Shown here: positions 48,526 to 62,153 of the stretch, in pieces
How the letters are laid out: every line of letters starts with the position of its first letter
Position numbering within the stretch: position 1 is the stretch's first letter
DNA from: Lophium mytilinum
Lineage: Eukaryota
DNA: 64,000 nt
Direction of reading: 5' to 3'
NCBI GenBank assembly: GCA_010093605.1
Contig: MU004188.1
Coordinates: 375,673-439,672, forward strand
Position numbers and translations under genes: made by a program
Notes under the pieces: model-generated
Told to the model about the DNA's origin: nothing
The model's input: the letters and a program-made list of their open reading frames with translations, nothing else
Database searches by the model: none

Positions 48526-50001
48526 CTACCAAGTCCTCGACCGCCGTTCCATAAGCCTATTCCAGACCATCGACGCTGTCTGTGGAGGATCTGAGTATGT
48601 TCGCTGCCTATACGGATGCCTCATAGCGTCTCCAGCACTCGGCTCCGCAGCCAAAGTACGCCCTTCGTCGTCCCCATCCCCATCCTCCCACCAACCACTC
48701 TCACTTCCACTCACAGTGTCTGCATTTCGCCGCCTCACGCTCCTCAAAGCCACTAAAGAGACATCACGCCCATGCTGGTCCTCGTTCCCGATGTTGCTTT
48801 TCTGAGCGAACAAACACGGGCAGAAGAACGCAAGAACGAGCTTGATGCTGTGCAGACTGCCACAGATGACGCCGGCGTTCATCTCGGCAACGGCGATAGC
48901 GTAGACGATTGCTGCGTTGACTGGAAAGGTTAGCTAATTGGAAGGCGAGTATGGATGCAGCAGGATCAGGGTAGGATAAAGAGGGAGAGCTCGACGTACT
49001 CCGTGTCTCATAGCCTCGAAAATACGCCGCCAAGTAATACATCCGACAAACCCCAGCAATCGGCACCCTACACTCCACAGTCAGCTCGCATCCCCTTCAC
49101 ATAACCAGGAACCACATCAGCGCCCTCCGCGCACCCGCAACTAACTCCCTTCCTTTCTGCCCCTTCCCCAACGCCCTTCTCAAGACTCACACACAACCCA
49201 CCCCAAACACCCCAATCAACCCCACCCTCTCCCTCCACGGCAACTTGACCCCCCACACCCTCCCCACCGGCCAAAGATACACCGCCACATCCGCCGCCGT
49301 GTTCAGCCCCGAGCTGCCTAGCAGCACCTCCCGAATCCCCGCACACCGCCCCACCCACACCGGCCAGCACCGCAAGAGCACGAGTCCCACCCCAGCCCCT
49401 GCAAGCACGCAGCAGCACCCCATCGCGACGCCGCAGAACCAGCGGTTCCCGCGCGACGGGAAGAGGCGGAGGTAGGTGCAGCAGACGGATATTTTGACCA
49501 GGGCGACGCAGATGTAGAAGAGGAGTGTTGACGTGAATGCCATCTATCCGAACCACGTCAATAGGGGCGACGAGTGTGTGTGTGTGTGTGTGTCTGTATG
49601 TCTGTCTGTCTGTGTGTGTGAGACGGTGCACAGTGCAAAGGGCGTACTGACGGTGTTGAAAGGCCGCTCCCACTCGGGGCGGATGGCGGAGATGGGGTAG
49701 CCGAGCCCGAAGCGGCAGCTCACAAGCGCTAGAGATGCGATGGTGAGGGCGAGGGTCTGGGAGGTATGTTAGCGCTTTTCGAGGTTGTGGAGGGAGCGAG
49801 AGGGGCGCGGACGGCTGCGCTTGCCATGAACCAGTCGTCGAGCCCGAGGTAGGTGAGACGCCGGTGGTAGAAGCGGATGGCGAGGCATTCGAGCATGAGC
49901 ACCATGCTGGGGATTGTGATGGCAAGGACCATGTTGACGCGGGGGGAGGGGTTGGTGTGGTTTGGGCTGGACAAGGTGGCGGCTTGGGAGGGGGCGGCCA
50001 T
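48526..50001 (-). CDS. PTH11-like / fungal rhodopsin-domain integral membrane protein; multi-exon
   Basis: LAIRFY...LGLDDWF, FGLGYP, LVKISVCCTYLRLF, LNTAADVAVYLWPV, CVGCRLLGFVGCI-region with GVCRMYY, EMNAGVICGSL. Confidence 0.8.
49574..49620. repeat. (GT)n/(GTCT)n compound microsatellite inside an intron
   Basis: gtgtgtgtgtgtgtgtgtgtctgtatgtctgtctgtctgtgtgtgtg. Confidence 0.9.
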
Positions 50002-50581
50002 GTTGGAGGTGGTTGAGAGAGGTGAAGATGCGAGAATGGGGACGGGAATAGTGATAGATGCAGGTACTAAAGAGCTGAATAGCATTGAACAGAGTAGGGT
50101 TTAGAATGTATGAGGTGGATGAGACCTGGAAGAATGATGAGAGGAAGAGAGAAAAAAGAAAGGGTAATTGGGAGGGCAGGAGATATCGCATCAGAAACAA
50201 GCTGATCGCTAATCCGTGTAGAGGCATGAAAGCCATTGATCTGGACGTTATCACGCACAAAACGCCCTGAAATAAAAGGCTCGGAAGTAGCACTCAGACG
50301 TATGAAAGGAAAGAGCGTCAGCGCGGAGCATATTTCGACTCCTGCCGCAGTCTTGATCAGCTCATGACGAATTGTGCAAAAATGATTTGGAGCGGTCTGG
50401 TACAGTGAATGATCGTTCAGTTAATCACCGCCCTCACATCGGTCTAACGCCTAACCTTTTGCAATTGGCACCAACAAACCAAGGCTGTGGCGGAAATGTC
50501 CCTCTACAACGCCTAGCCATTCCCATCACATTAAGCAAGTAGCAAACACGGGTTGGCCTACCCAATCCGCTCCATCCCAAC

Positions 50582-53500
50582 TCATTCGTCGTCATCAACC
50601 CAGATCATGATGCCCTTCTTGTCCATCTTGATATCGTCCGTCGCCTGGATCTTCAGTGTCTTATTGAAGTATCGATCCACCACTCTCAACTGTGGCATGA
50701 TCCAAGCAGCCTGGACCATGGGCACGATGTTATAGTGTACTGTCTGCCTGCTGAAAGGTAACATGATCAAACTCTGAAGTTTGGAGCCGGCAAAGGCGAA
50801 ATCTTCGCTCGCTTCCATGCTAACCTCGAATGTGAGAGAGTGCGTCGTCGGGTTCTCTAGGGTATAGTCGAGGTGCAGGGTCTGGAAAGACTTGACAATT
50901 GGAGACTGTGTAACACTGGCTAGAACGCGCGGCTCGCTACTAGGAAGGTGGAGGCGGGGCATTGCAAGCATGGATATGATGGCCGGGCTGTCCGAATTTG
51001 TCCCTGACTTCCGCCTCCAGGTGATGCTGAGGCCCATGTCGAGAGCGGCTGATCGGCGTTCTTCGAATTTAATCTTACGCATGTCGAGGCTGAACGATCG
51101 CTCTTGAAGTTCTTGAGGAAGTATATCAATGTTTTCAGAGGGAAACTCCTTCGAAATATCGCAAATGGCACCGCCGTGGATTTCATGCAGTTCCAGACCC
51201 GTATCTTCAATGACTAGCACTTCTTCAGCAAAGGAGGCGACCTTAGCCTTCAGATGCCATCTCTGAGCGATGCCACCAGCGACACCCGATACGGCGTCGC
51301 CAGATTCGCCTTCATGAACTTCAAACATGCTCGGCCATGGGTCAGGATGAACTCGTGGTGAAAACTCGTAGCTGGCTTCGAACGGGCCATCGAATACTAG
51401 ATCCGTGGTGAGCGTCTTTGAGATTGGGATGTCTTCGTCGCTGAGAAGATGATACAGAACCCTGATCTCGAGAGCATACCCGGAAGGAATGGAAGGCGCT
51501 CTGAATTTGATCGTTTCTGTCCGTCTCGCATTGCGCTCTAGTCGGCCAACGACATGCCCGGGAAGTTCGATCTGAGATTCGGAATCGCTAGCTGGGATTT
51601 TGACAGGTTCGTTGTTCGCAGAGTCTGCATGGGGTATCCAGGAGTACTCTAGCGTGTCCGTTGATAGCCCAAGGAGCCTGACCTCCAGAACCGCCTCAGT
51701 AGTCTCTTCTTCCTTGTTGATGATCTCGATGTCAAGTGTTACGGCTTCATCGGTATAGTAGTGATCTAGCAGATTTGGAAGGGCAATCTCCATCTTAGGA
51801 GGCTTCGGATGTATCTGAACGAATATGCCAGATGTTCTACTGAGCTTCCTTGCTTTGATGCCGGAAGACCCTCTAATCCACCAGGTCGGGAGGACATCGC
51901 CTTCGCTCATGGTTGAGGAGCAAACCAGGTCGAAGCGTTCCGTCTCTATCTCTACCATGCTACTAAGAGCGTTCACCTCGCCGGCGTCGCGAAACGTGAT
52001 GGCAAACGCGAACACTTTGGTTTGTCCAGGATATATTGTCAGGTCCGAACCGCCGCTCCAGAGTGGTTTCTGATCCGACCGCGAGCTTGCAGCCGTCTCT
52101 TCGAGGTCGAGTTCTTTTATGACTGAGTAATGTGCAGGAAGATCATTCGTCTCTGAAGTAGAGCTTGTATGAACAAGTTGAACCTCGCTGAGGCAGCCTT
52201 TGAATCGAATCATAAGTTTTGATAATGTCAGCGGCGCAGAGCCTGATCGGGCATTCGAGGTCACGGCGATCTGAGAGGGTAGAGGTTCGCCAACGTTCCC
52301 ATCTCCCTCAAAGAATGTAAAAGTAAGCGCCACTGTGGTGACAGGTTAGAAAAGTTGGCTAAGTACGCATGTGTAACTTACGGCAAGATACGATCTTGTC
52401 GGCACTAACTGTCACGGTAGGCTTTCCACCTTCGTCAACAGGAAATGTGTCCAGACAAGTCATCAAATTATGTGAGTAACCTGGCTTGGGTGGCAAAGCT
52501 CTAGAAAGGAGCTCCCATTCGGATGCTAGTAAGATCTCGGAATCTTGCACACGCATGGCACACTCTCGGAGTGCCCAAGTCACCTCACCAACAAGAGGAT
52601 ACCACTTCTCTTTCCGCCAGCTCATTCCCTCCCACAAAGGCCTGAGCACGCTTTCTGCATCGGCGTATCTCTTGGCATGAATGAGCTCCTTCGCGGTTTC
52701 GAGGTTCAAGTGGTCGACGACGCGTTGCTGTCCTCGGATGTAGAATTCTTGTGCAGCTTGGTTCATAATATCAATGATCTCGCTGCAGTGATCGTAGCCT
52801 TTGCTTCCTGGTAAGGCATATTCCACATGCGGCCCTGGGACGAGATAGTGATCGTAAGTAGTGTACCGATGACTGACCTGCGCGGCGGGAGAAAGACCTG
52901 GGGGTGTACGGTCCTCGTCTGGAATATCTTCGGCGAGTAATCTGCGCTTCTGAGCATGTTTGGCTGATAGCCTAAGCCAGTAGCCTGGATGATGTAGAAG
53001 ATGCCAAGGTGCTAATCTTTCGCCCTGCGATATGCCGACTTTCTCTGGGGGTGAGTACAGGGTGAATGGACGGTCAGAGACGACGCTTGAATCTTGGAGA
53101 GAATCCTTAGCAGCAAAGATAGGCAGTTCTGCCCTTTGAATGAGCTGTGACATGGCCTTCGCCCATCTGGACTCCCAAGCTTCCCAACCGTAATTGGCAG
53201 TCCCCTTACCTCGCCGATCTAAAAGGGACCGCACTCTGCTTTTGTATATTAGCCAAGCCTGAACCGCTGCAGTAGGTAGCTTGTTCCAGAGAAGGCAACG
53301 GATATTTCGAATAGCAATAGCATCCGCTAGTAATCGATTTTCGTCCCATCTTGGCGACCAATTAGCAGTTGTTTCAAACACACCGTCAGGCCCAAACAGA
53401 TTGTCTAGCGCGGACTGATAATGTCTCTGTGCAGCATCCATCTCCTGGCGGTATTCGGCGAAAACCCCCAGTTTGAAGTCATACCGCACTGCCCATCCCT

Positions 53501-54467
53501 GTTGCGCCAGAGTTTGAGAAGTGCCTCTAGTTGGCGGAGCGGTCGGTGCTGGTATTTGACTGCGACCCTTTTTTCGTCTGGCATGCTTCGTCAAGTCACG
53601 GTAGTACTCGGTGGTCAAAGGCTTGAGTGTGGTGACAACCATCTGGGCAAATGAAGCAAGCTCCACGCGTGAGCTATTGGGAGGGAGAAAAAAGAGGCCT
53701 TTCGTGGCATCCAAGCCCGTAGCTCTCCTAATGGTGGATAATCTTTCCTCTATATCGGTAGCCTCTAGAATAGACTTGTCACTGATCAGCACTACAGCGT
53801 ATCTAGTCCTATGTTCGGAGATCTGGAGCTGTCCTTTGATCTTGTTGATCTCCGTCTTCAGCTGGTTGTCGTGTAAGCTGTTTCGACTCGGATCTGATGT
53901 GAAGTCGAAGAAGGATATGAAGAAGGATGGAATATAGTACTGGTGCTTCATAGTCCATGCAGCTGACATGACTCCGTCGGGAAAGATTGCAGACTCGGGC
54001 GACAGCGGGGAGACTGGAGAGTGCAGGATCCATGTAGGCGTAGGGGCAATGGTTGGGCTACCAGGAGGAGAAAGCCCATCGGAGTTCTCGGGAGGATCAG
54101 CCTTTCGAGGAGGCAGCATGAAGTTCTGAATAGTAGTGAGCACACCGTAGGGAGTCTTTCACGATGGGGGCGCCTGACCTACCCTCCCTACAGGCCGTAT
54201 CCTGAACCCTCTCACGGCGCCCTTCCGAGTCTCCGTCACATTGTTCCAGGCGGCATCTCTTGCATCGGTGCTCAGAAACTCTTGCAGGAGCTGGTCTGCG
54301 CGCTGTCCAGTGACTGGGGGTAGCTCAGAGCTGATGGGTGTTGACCGGCGACCTGGAAGCACATCTTGAACGGGCGGGATAGCCTCTAGTTCTGGGCTTG
54401 ATCCCAGGCCCGAGAGGACTATGAGAGGGAGGTTGTGGGCAATATATTCGGGCGGATATGCATCCAT
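50582..54467 (-). CDS. TRAPPC11: TRAPP III subunit TRAPPC11 (Foie gras/Gryzun domains); 3 exons
   Basis: MDAYPPEYIAHNLPLIVLSGL, LHSPVSPLSP...PDGVM, YYRDLTKHARRKK, VRYDFKLGVFAEYRQE, YTLENPTTH...FAFAG. Confidence 0.88.
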
Positions 54468-54926
54468 TGCGAGGGCGATGGTGGAGTTGCAGGCGCATCC
54501 ATCAGGCTTCGCTCAGGCTCTACTCAACGCCGGCGCCAGGAACCAATGCGGTCCTGCCTCGAGCTTCAGCAGCGCGTCGCAAGAGTATATATCATAGAGC
54601 ACACGGTCTGGGAGTTGCTGTTCGCGGGATCGTTCGTGGCTGTGTCCGCGTGGTGGCACAATTTACAGGGCCGTCGGAGTTTCGGTCATAAGTCATGTGA
54701 TTTGTCTGCCATTGAAGCTCTTCTCCACCAACCCGCACCCCGTCCACTTTCTTTCCACCACCACGCCCGCAGCTCTGCCCATACACAAAGCCCACGCTTT
54801 CACCGGCTGCTGCGACCTTCTGCCGCACTTCCTGCGCCTGGAAACCCTCGGGAACCCTCCCTCTCTGCACTGGCAATACCCACACCGCACCGCCTGTCAA
54901 CGAGCTGCCCCCGGGTGCATTTCACG

Positions 54927-56620
54927 ATGGCTGGACAGCAGCAGCACATTATCGACACAATCTTCAGTATGAAGAAGCGCATATTGCGCCGGGATGACTG
55001 TAAGCAGCTCCACGCCCTTTCGTTTAGGCTTTCTCGCGACTTCTGACTGACCGACTCTCCTCACCTTAGCCTCCGACTCGGACGAAGCCGAAACGCCCTT
55101 CGACAGCCGCATGTATAGCCTCAAGCGAAAGGCAGCAGCATCGCACTCTGGCAAGCCCGATTTCGACGCAGAGGCGCCGCCGTACAAAAAGGTAAATTTG
55201 CCCCGCGCTCCTCCTCCCTAAACACCCGCTAACACAATCTCTCACGCGCAGAGGATAGAGCACGCCGGCTACCACAGATACATCCTGCACCGAAACCCAC
55301 CGCGATTCGACCCCGATGGCGATATCGTGGAGTATGGCGACGAATATGAGGACGAGGAAGACCTTACCACAATCGAGGAGAATCCGTACGCGGACATCCA
55401 CCTAGAGCGTATGAAACCTCCCCAGTCAAGACCCACACAATACAGTCTCTAACCCTTTCTCAGACATCCTCGCTCCACTGACTTCGGCCGCTGAACTGCA
55501 GAATCACCCTTCCATGTCGATTCCTTATACTTCGAAGCACCTCACACACCTGACCGAGGAAGCTGGAGCGATTTCGCGCCGCGAGCTGGCATCACAATGG
55601 CGGGCCAAGAACCTTCTCTCGAAGCTCCAAGGGGATAACACATGGGTGCCGTGCGGCCTGATGGAGACTGGAACGGACAAGTTCGTTCTTGGAGGCCTCC
55701 AGACGAATGGCACCGCATCCGCGACAACGCCTCCGTCCAGGAATAACTCGTTAACCGAGCTACAGCATTCATGGGGCAATGGAACTACTGCGGAGGCCTC
55801 AATGGATCCAGCTGGCCTCAGGACTCCCCCTCCCACCTCAGCTCCACGACAAGTTCCATTGCTCGACGTGCAGATGGTCGATATCGAAGTCGCACATGGA
55901 TCGCGTGCCGACGTCATCACAGGCCATGTCCAAACAACAGGCAGCGCCCCACAAGCTCACCCAGGCTCCACGCTGCAAAACGGTACAAATGGCCACCTGC
56001 CAGACCCTAGTCAGCTGCACAACGGCACAGACGCAGACACAGCACAGCCAACCACCAACGGCACCACCCACGACGGCGACCACGACCAAGAGAACGAAAG
56101 CAACCTCCCCTCCCCCCCAGCCGACGACGCCTCAGACACCACCTCCCAGCCTACCTCGCACCGCATGACGACGCGCGCCCGCGCCCACGTCTCCAAATCC
56201 CCCTCCCCCCCGCCCTCGCCCCCAGACACTCTCAACCCCATCCACCCCATGTACAAATTCCCCATGGACATCATCCCGGACCGCGACTACGGCCTACCCG
56301 CGACCGAAGCCGAAGACACGCGCATGATGCTGCTCGCCGTGGTGCAGAAGATGGAGCAGATCGCCAACCGCTCGACGGACCTGTACATGGGCATGCTGCA
56401 GGCGGAGCGCATGCGGCAGGACGTGTTCAAGTGGTCGAAAGCGGAGGCGCACGTGGGCGAGATGAGCGACGGCGAGGACTGGTACGACCGCGAGGAGTGG
56501 GGGTTGGAAGAGGATCTCGTTAAAGGGCGGGATGAGGAGGAAGAGGAAGGCGCCGCGGCGGCGGGGAAGAAGTCAACGAGGCAGCGGGGAGGGCGGCGTG
56601 CTGATAAAGAAGACCGGTGA
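54927..56620 (+). CDS. RXT2: RXT2-like subunit of the Rpd3L histone deacetylase complex; 4 exons
   Basis: MAGQQQHIIDTIFSMK, IEHAGYHRYILHRNP, ENPYADIHLE, LAPLTSAAELQNHPS, HVGEMSDGEDWYDREEWGL. Confidence 0.82.
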
Positions 56621-57615
56621 TACTTGGAGTAGGCGATGGAGGGACGGGTCAGTGAGATGATCTCTGGGCGTAGGCTGTTTGGAGATGGAGACGGAGATAC
56701 GAGGCCTGGCATTGCATGGATATAGGAGGCGCTTTGGTGTTGGATTGGGCGCCGCGCTTGGCTCGCTGGCGCTGTGGTTTTGCGGGTTTACGATAAAGGA
56801 TACGATACCCATACTGGGGCTGGCATTGTCTCTGGAGTTTTTGGTTGTAGTCACTCACTCCCTCGCACATACTCTTTGTATGCGGCAAGCTTCGGAAGGA
56901 GGTATATTTCGGGATTGTAGATGCAGTCATAGCTATAGCAATCTTTTCACATCTCAACACCTAGGCAAACATTTCTGACATCGATTGAGAGACCCTGACG
57001 ATGAATCACGCCATCTAAGGGAAAGTCAAGAGGACGGCAGGAGGGCGCGAACTAGAGTGCTGGTCGTATGTCTTTCTTTCAGGAACTTAGTGACCGGTTA
57101 TTAGAGCACCGAAGTGGTAGAAGCTATCTAATCAATTTAAGGTTTTTGGCTCGTAGCTCTCGGAGACTTTGCGGCCCACGTGCTGGAATATCTTCCACCG
57201 TATACCTTCCCGTGTTCGTCAAGCTAGCCTTGTTCGTACAGAGCAATTAGCGCTTTGCAACTCTTTGCTCTTGGGTATACGGGCTCGAGTCGAAGGCAAT
57301 GCGAGGCGTCAAGTTGGCGCTCGTGTATATGTATTTCTACGTAGCTTTGGGAACGCGTCCTCGTGGGGGAAAAGTATATAGGCGCGCTTTCATGTAGCTG
57401 CTACGCTGCTACGCTTCTTACTTGCGGACCGACCGGTGCGTATTGCATGCGCCGAGCCTCTGAGATGTAGTGCGCAGACCTAGGCTGCTGCCGACGACGA
57501 ATCGCGTGCAGGGGCGGCGCAGTGAATTCCTATGGGTGATTTTCAAGTCTAGCGTGTTTAGATTTCGGGGGTGCTGTGCTAGCGAGGAGACAAGTTCACT
57601 GTATAAATCTTATTA

Positions 57616-57644
57616 AGAGAGAGAGAGAGAGAGACACACACACA
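57616..57644. repeat. (GA)n(CA)n microsatellite
   Basis: agagagagagagagagagacacacacaca. Confidence 0.9.
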
Positions 57645-60149
57645 GGGTCTCCTAGAGCGAAGAGAAGACAGTTAGGAGGCTGGCGTAACGGCCACGCGAA
57701 CGCAGCATCCGCAGCTCTACCACGCCTACCGCTGAACCATCGCACGGTTATCTCTCCCTTAACTCGGCGCCGTCGCGGCGCAATGCTCGGACTGAGGTTT
57801 AGAAACCGTGCTGATCTATACACAGCAGGCGACATTTTCGCTGTAGTTTGCATCACTCAAGCGTTCCTATTGGTGGACCTTCTTATCGATAACGTAGATC
57901 CAAAGGCCGGCGGGTTAAGGGAAAGATACGATAGGTGGGATTGATAAGGGTGATTCTTTTTGACTCTTGGTGATCGTTGTGTGTTTTTGATGCCCTGATC
58001 CGCACATAATGACCCGTTATCCGCCTATTGTTTGCCCATGGCCTGGTGGTTTTGCTTCGAGGATGTGGTGTTGCCACTTGAGGCGGTACGGCAGCAGTTG
58101 GCACGCAGTGGTAGGAGGTGGTGGGTTGGTTTCGATCGAGTAGGGGTGCGGGTCGATAGGCTGAAGCTTGAGGGTTACATACTCCGCACGCTGGGCTGAT
58201 CGAGGGGATAGAGATCGCCCCTAGGCGGATCGTACTGCTCGTCTGCCATGGCGCGTGGATCGCATCACGCAGCAGAGTCGGTGTATTAGGCTATGTTTTA
58301 AGCCTGTGTCACTGGCGCCGCTGTGGGAGCCTGTGGAGGCATGTCCATAAAGACGTCCCCTTGGGCAAGAGAGGCTTCCACGGGCTGTGACGGGTTGAAA
58401 CTTGGGGTGAGCTGATGTGATCGAGACGACGTGAGCTGGTGGCAGTATCACCGTGTAGCCGTAGAGCCTCCGTGGGCGATGGAATCTGTGGAACAGTTGA
58501 GCAAGCCTAGAGAGCGTGTACCTACCTGCTCTGCAGGATTTCTCAGCGGAGCACGATGCCTAGGCCGGTGACCCCTGAGGCTGAGAGCCCGGGCGAAGTT
58601 TGGTGTGCGAAGGCGCGAGGCAGCGGCGAAGGCCCTTCCTGTAGGTTCGTATTCGCGCTCTGTGCTGTAACACAACAGCTGATATCCGCATCTCGGCGCC
58701 GTCGCCGTCGCCGCGAAGTCCGCCTCCCCGGTAGCTGAGGTTCAAGTATCTCCCGATGCTTATTACTTGGCCTAGTGAGGCACTGGACACCTCATCGGTG
58801 GGGTTGTGAAGTCTGTCCGAAGCCGATGTATACAAGATAGCGACTCTACCAAGCGGTGGGCGGTGTATGTTAGGGGTTCGCAAAGCTGAAGTCGACATGT
58901 CGTTCAAGAGGCGGGGCGGGGAGACGGACATTAATGGCGACGTCCGATAAAATCCTGCAGACGCGTGAGGGGTGCGCTGGAAGTGGCTCCGGTGGGTGCA
59001 TACGTAGAGGATCTGGCTGCCGTGGTTGTGAGCTACGGAGATTTTCCCGCGAGGAACCCTTTCCTTGCACGACGACTTGAGTGGGCTTCCGCTTTGATGG
59101 ATGAAGGAATACGGCGCTCGTTACCTGTCTCGTGGTCTCTGGCTGCACGATGGGCCTGCCTGAAGGTCCTTTGGACGCTTGGTGGTGAGGTTTGCGGCCT
59201 GCTAGGTTGCGTTGAGCTGGTTCTTTGTGCTAACATGGCTGCAGTTTCGAGCAGTAATTGTAGCACCTTCGTCGCTAGGTAAGTATATTAGAATGCCATA
59301 CCTTCCTTGCCACTTGTGGCAACATTCCTCTTCTCTGCGAGACCATGGAGAAGGAAGGCACGATTTCTCTCAAGGCATGTCGTCTCAGCAGTCCAACTAA
59401 TCCAGCCTAGCCCCTACCCGCCCATCGGTATTCTACAGATGATCCTTCATGCATGCAGGTGGCCGCTACCCGCTAGCACTCACCCTTGCACCTGGCTGCA
59501 GCACTTCAGTCATTGCTGCCTCGCTCAAGCAGTGGGTATTCAGTATATTAGAGACCCCTACAGCCAAAAAGGTTGCGCTGCTGTTTGGTGTGAACACCAA
59601 AACGAGCTTGCTTCCCTTTGAGGGGGATGATATCGTTCCTTCCTTCGTCATTAGACCGGCCGTTTAACCAGACTTCCTCCCACCCGACGTCTCTAGTCAC
59701 CCTTATGTACCAACCCTCAGCCATCCAGGCGCCAGCCTTCATCGAGATGCCATCTTCGTGCGACGTAGCGAGCGCGCACGCCGCCATCTTCGTGGCGAAA
59801 GCACGACCGAGAAGGGCCGCCCTCCCGCGCGGTTCCAAATGTGGACCTCTTGTTCTCACCTTTTTGGAAACCCCCCTCTTCTACTGCATTAAATCAACCC
59901 CCAAACTCCAGATTTTGCTAATGACGAAGCGACAGAAAAGCGAAACTGCGTGCTGAAAGCCGAGAAACAAAGTCTCGAAAGTAGACATGCGAAACGTGCC
60001 CAAAAACCTACGCGTCGTCAAGCAATCCGTGGTCCCAGCCCACATTGAATGCCCACATACCACATGCCGGCGCCTTGCATGCTTAACTAGTACAAAGTGC
60101 AGAAACAACGGGATCAAATACCACAAGGGGGCCGGGAATGCGGTCACTG

Positions 60150-62153
60150 TCATGGAAACATATACTGCCCATCCATCTTGTCTAGCCGCGACGAGCGACT
60201 GGCGATGGGGGCGAAACACGCCATACCCGCGAGGTCTGGGTACACGTGTAAGACGGCCGGGTCGAGGGACCAGTTTCCCAGGTCGCGGATATATACCTCG
60301 AACGACTGGCTGAGCGCGAGCATGTTCGTGTTGGGAATCTCGACGGCCACATTCGAGAGCAGCGAGTTCCAGTTGACGGAGAGACTCGAGACGAAGGTTT
60401 GCAAGACCTCCATGCCATGTGACTGGTCTGCGAAGCGGATGAAGAAGTCGCGGATTTCGGGCCTGTGTACGGTTAGTACACTGCAATGTGCAAGGGGGTA
60501 TGTCTGCCCCAAGGTAGGTGGAAAGTCTTACCATGGAATCATGTCGATCCAGGCGGGATGTGGGACGATGATCTGGGTTGGAGTTGGCCGCATCCAGGGA
60601 GGCATGGCCTGGTAGTTCTTTTCTGAAGGTACGATGGCCCACTGGAATAAGTCAGTAAAGGTAATATCCTTGATGGAAGTGCCTCTTACCGTGAGGAACA
60701 GCACGCCTAAAAGCGTCATGGCCATTCTTTCAGGATGCCGGCCAATGTTCATCCAGCTCATCATGGAGACAACCCACTCGCACACATTGGGAGTCATGCT
60801 GTGCGAGTCCGTCATGCTGTTGCAGCTGTTCACGGTGGGATACATTTCTAGGGGACCTAATACCTGCTCAACTGACCATCCTTCTTGGATCATTTGACGC
60901 TTTTGCTTCATGAACATCTGGAGCCTCTCGCTCATTAGATCTTTGTACTCGCCGGACACAGGTCGTACTAGGTAGACAGGCACCAGGGCGCCATCGATAC
61001 TGAGCGTTCCTCCAGGAGTTACAGGCTGCGACGTGTTGGCGAAGCAACGTACGTGAGTGATGTCTGCGATCTTATTCTGCCAGGCGACTCGTTGATTCTG
61101 AAAGCGGTTGCTGGGTTGCGAATTGTTTCTCGATGGTGGCTCGCTGAAGCTGCTTGGTCTGGTCAGCTTTCCCTCATAATGAAGATGCGGTGAGGTTCGC
61201 TCACTCGATGCTTGGTCGTTCACTCGAAAAGGTAGACGGCACGTGGAATGGGTTGGTGGACGCCGCGTACGCGGGATTCGAGGCCTCCGATGGGCTCGGA
61301 ATATACGTGCTAAGTGGGTTCCATTTCTGCTCCACAGTCTTGTCACTAGTCAGCCGGATTCGTCTCAATTTTAGTCTGAACTCTGTTTTCTCTCACTGAA
61401 GTCCCAACCGACGATGCAGTGGACACCAGGAGGCACCGTTTCAATAAGGCAATGCCCGTTCAGTAATGCTAAAAAGTCTTACCTCTGGCGCCCAAGGTGT
61501 TTCTGCCATTGAATTCACGGGCGACTGTGGGGATGGCGTCCATGGCATGTCTACTGCGAACAGCGGGCTTTCCCCCTCACAGTCCGTGTCGATGGCTTCT
61601 TCACGTCGATACGAAGGATCCACTGTGAAACCGGATACTTTCATCTTCAAGACGTTCAATATCTCGGTGGCGTTGCGGAAGTTGGCTTGCTGGAGTTGCT
61701 TGACGAAGTGTATGGCTTCGTCTCTATCACTTGTCTCGCAGACGATCTGCAAGATCTCTTTCAGCTCTTCACTATGATCCTGTAGCAACTTGATCTTCTC
61801 TTTGAGAGCAGCCGTTCTCCGCTGGTCGCCGTTCATATCGTAGAAGCAGTCGGCCCTGTTCTTCTGCTGGCACGCCGAGCACGCTGGTCGGAGGCCATCA
61901 CACTACACACGGGGATCAATCAGCCATTGCAGGAATCCGGATGCGCCACAGGGCAGCGTTGAAGTCTGTATACCTTGCTTTTCCGCTGCTGGCAAGGCTG
62001 ACAGGCGACGGCGGTGATCTGCTTTCTCTTGTGCGGTTTCTGCTTGGAGGCGGCGCGGGCCTCGGTCTGCTTCCACGACCCGGATCTGCTTCCCCTGGCG
62101 GGCTCTGGCGGGGCTGGCAGAATTGGGCTGTCGGCGAGGCTGCGGTAGCTCAT
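60150..62153 (-). CDS. Zn2Cys6 transcription factor with C-terminal DUF3425-like domain; multi-exon
   Basis: ACQPCQQRKSK|CDGLRPACSACQQKNRADC via a GT-AG intron. C-terminal WMRPTPTQIIVPHPAWIDMIPW, PEIRD and IRDLGNWSL motifs. Confidence 0.85.

Noticed and set aside
56621..60149. 3.5-kb gap between convergent genes, examined for hidden genes and telomerase RNA
   Set aside because: The short ORFs lack recognisable motifs and no TAACCCTAA-type template was seen. A lncRNA cannot be excluded from sequence alone.
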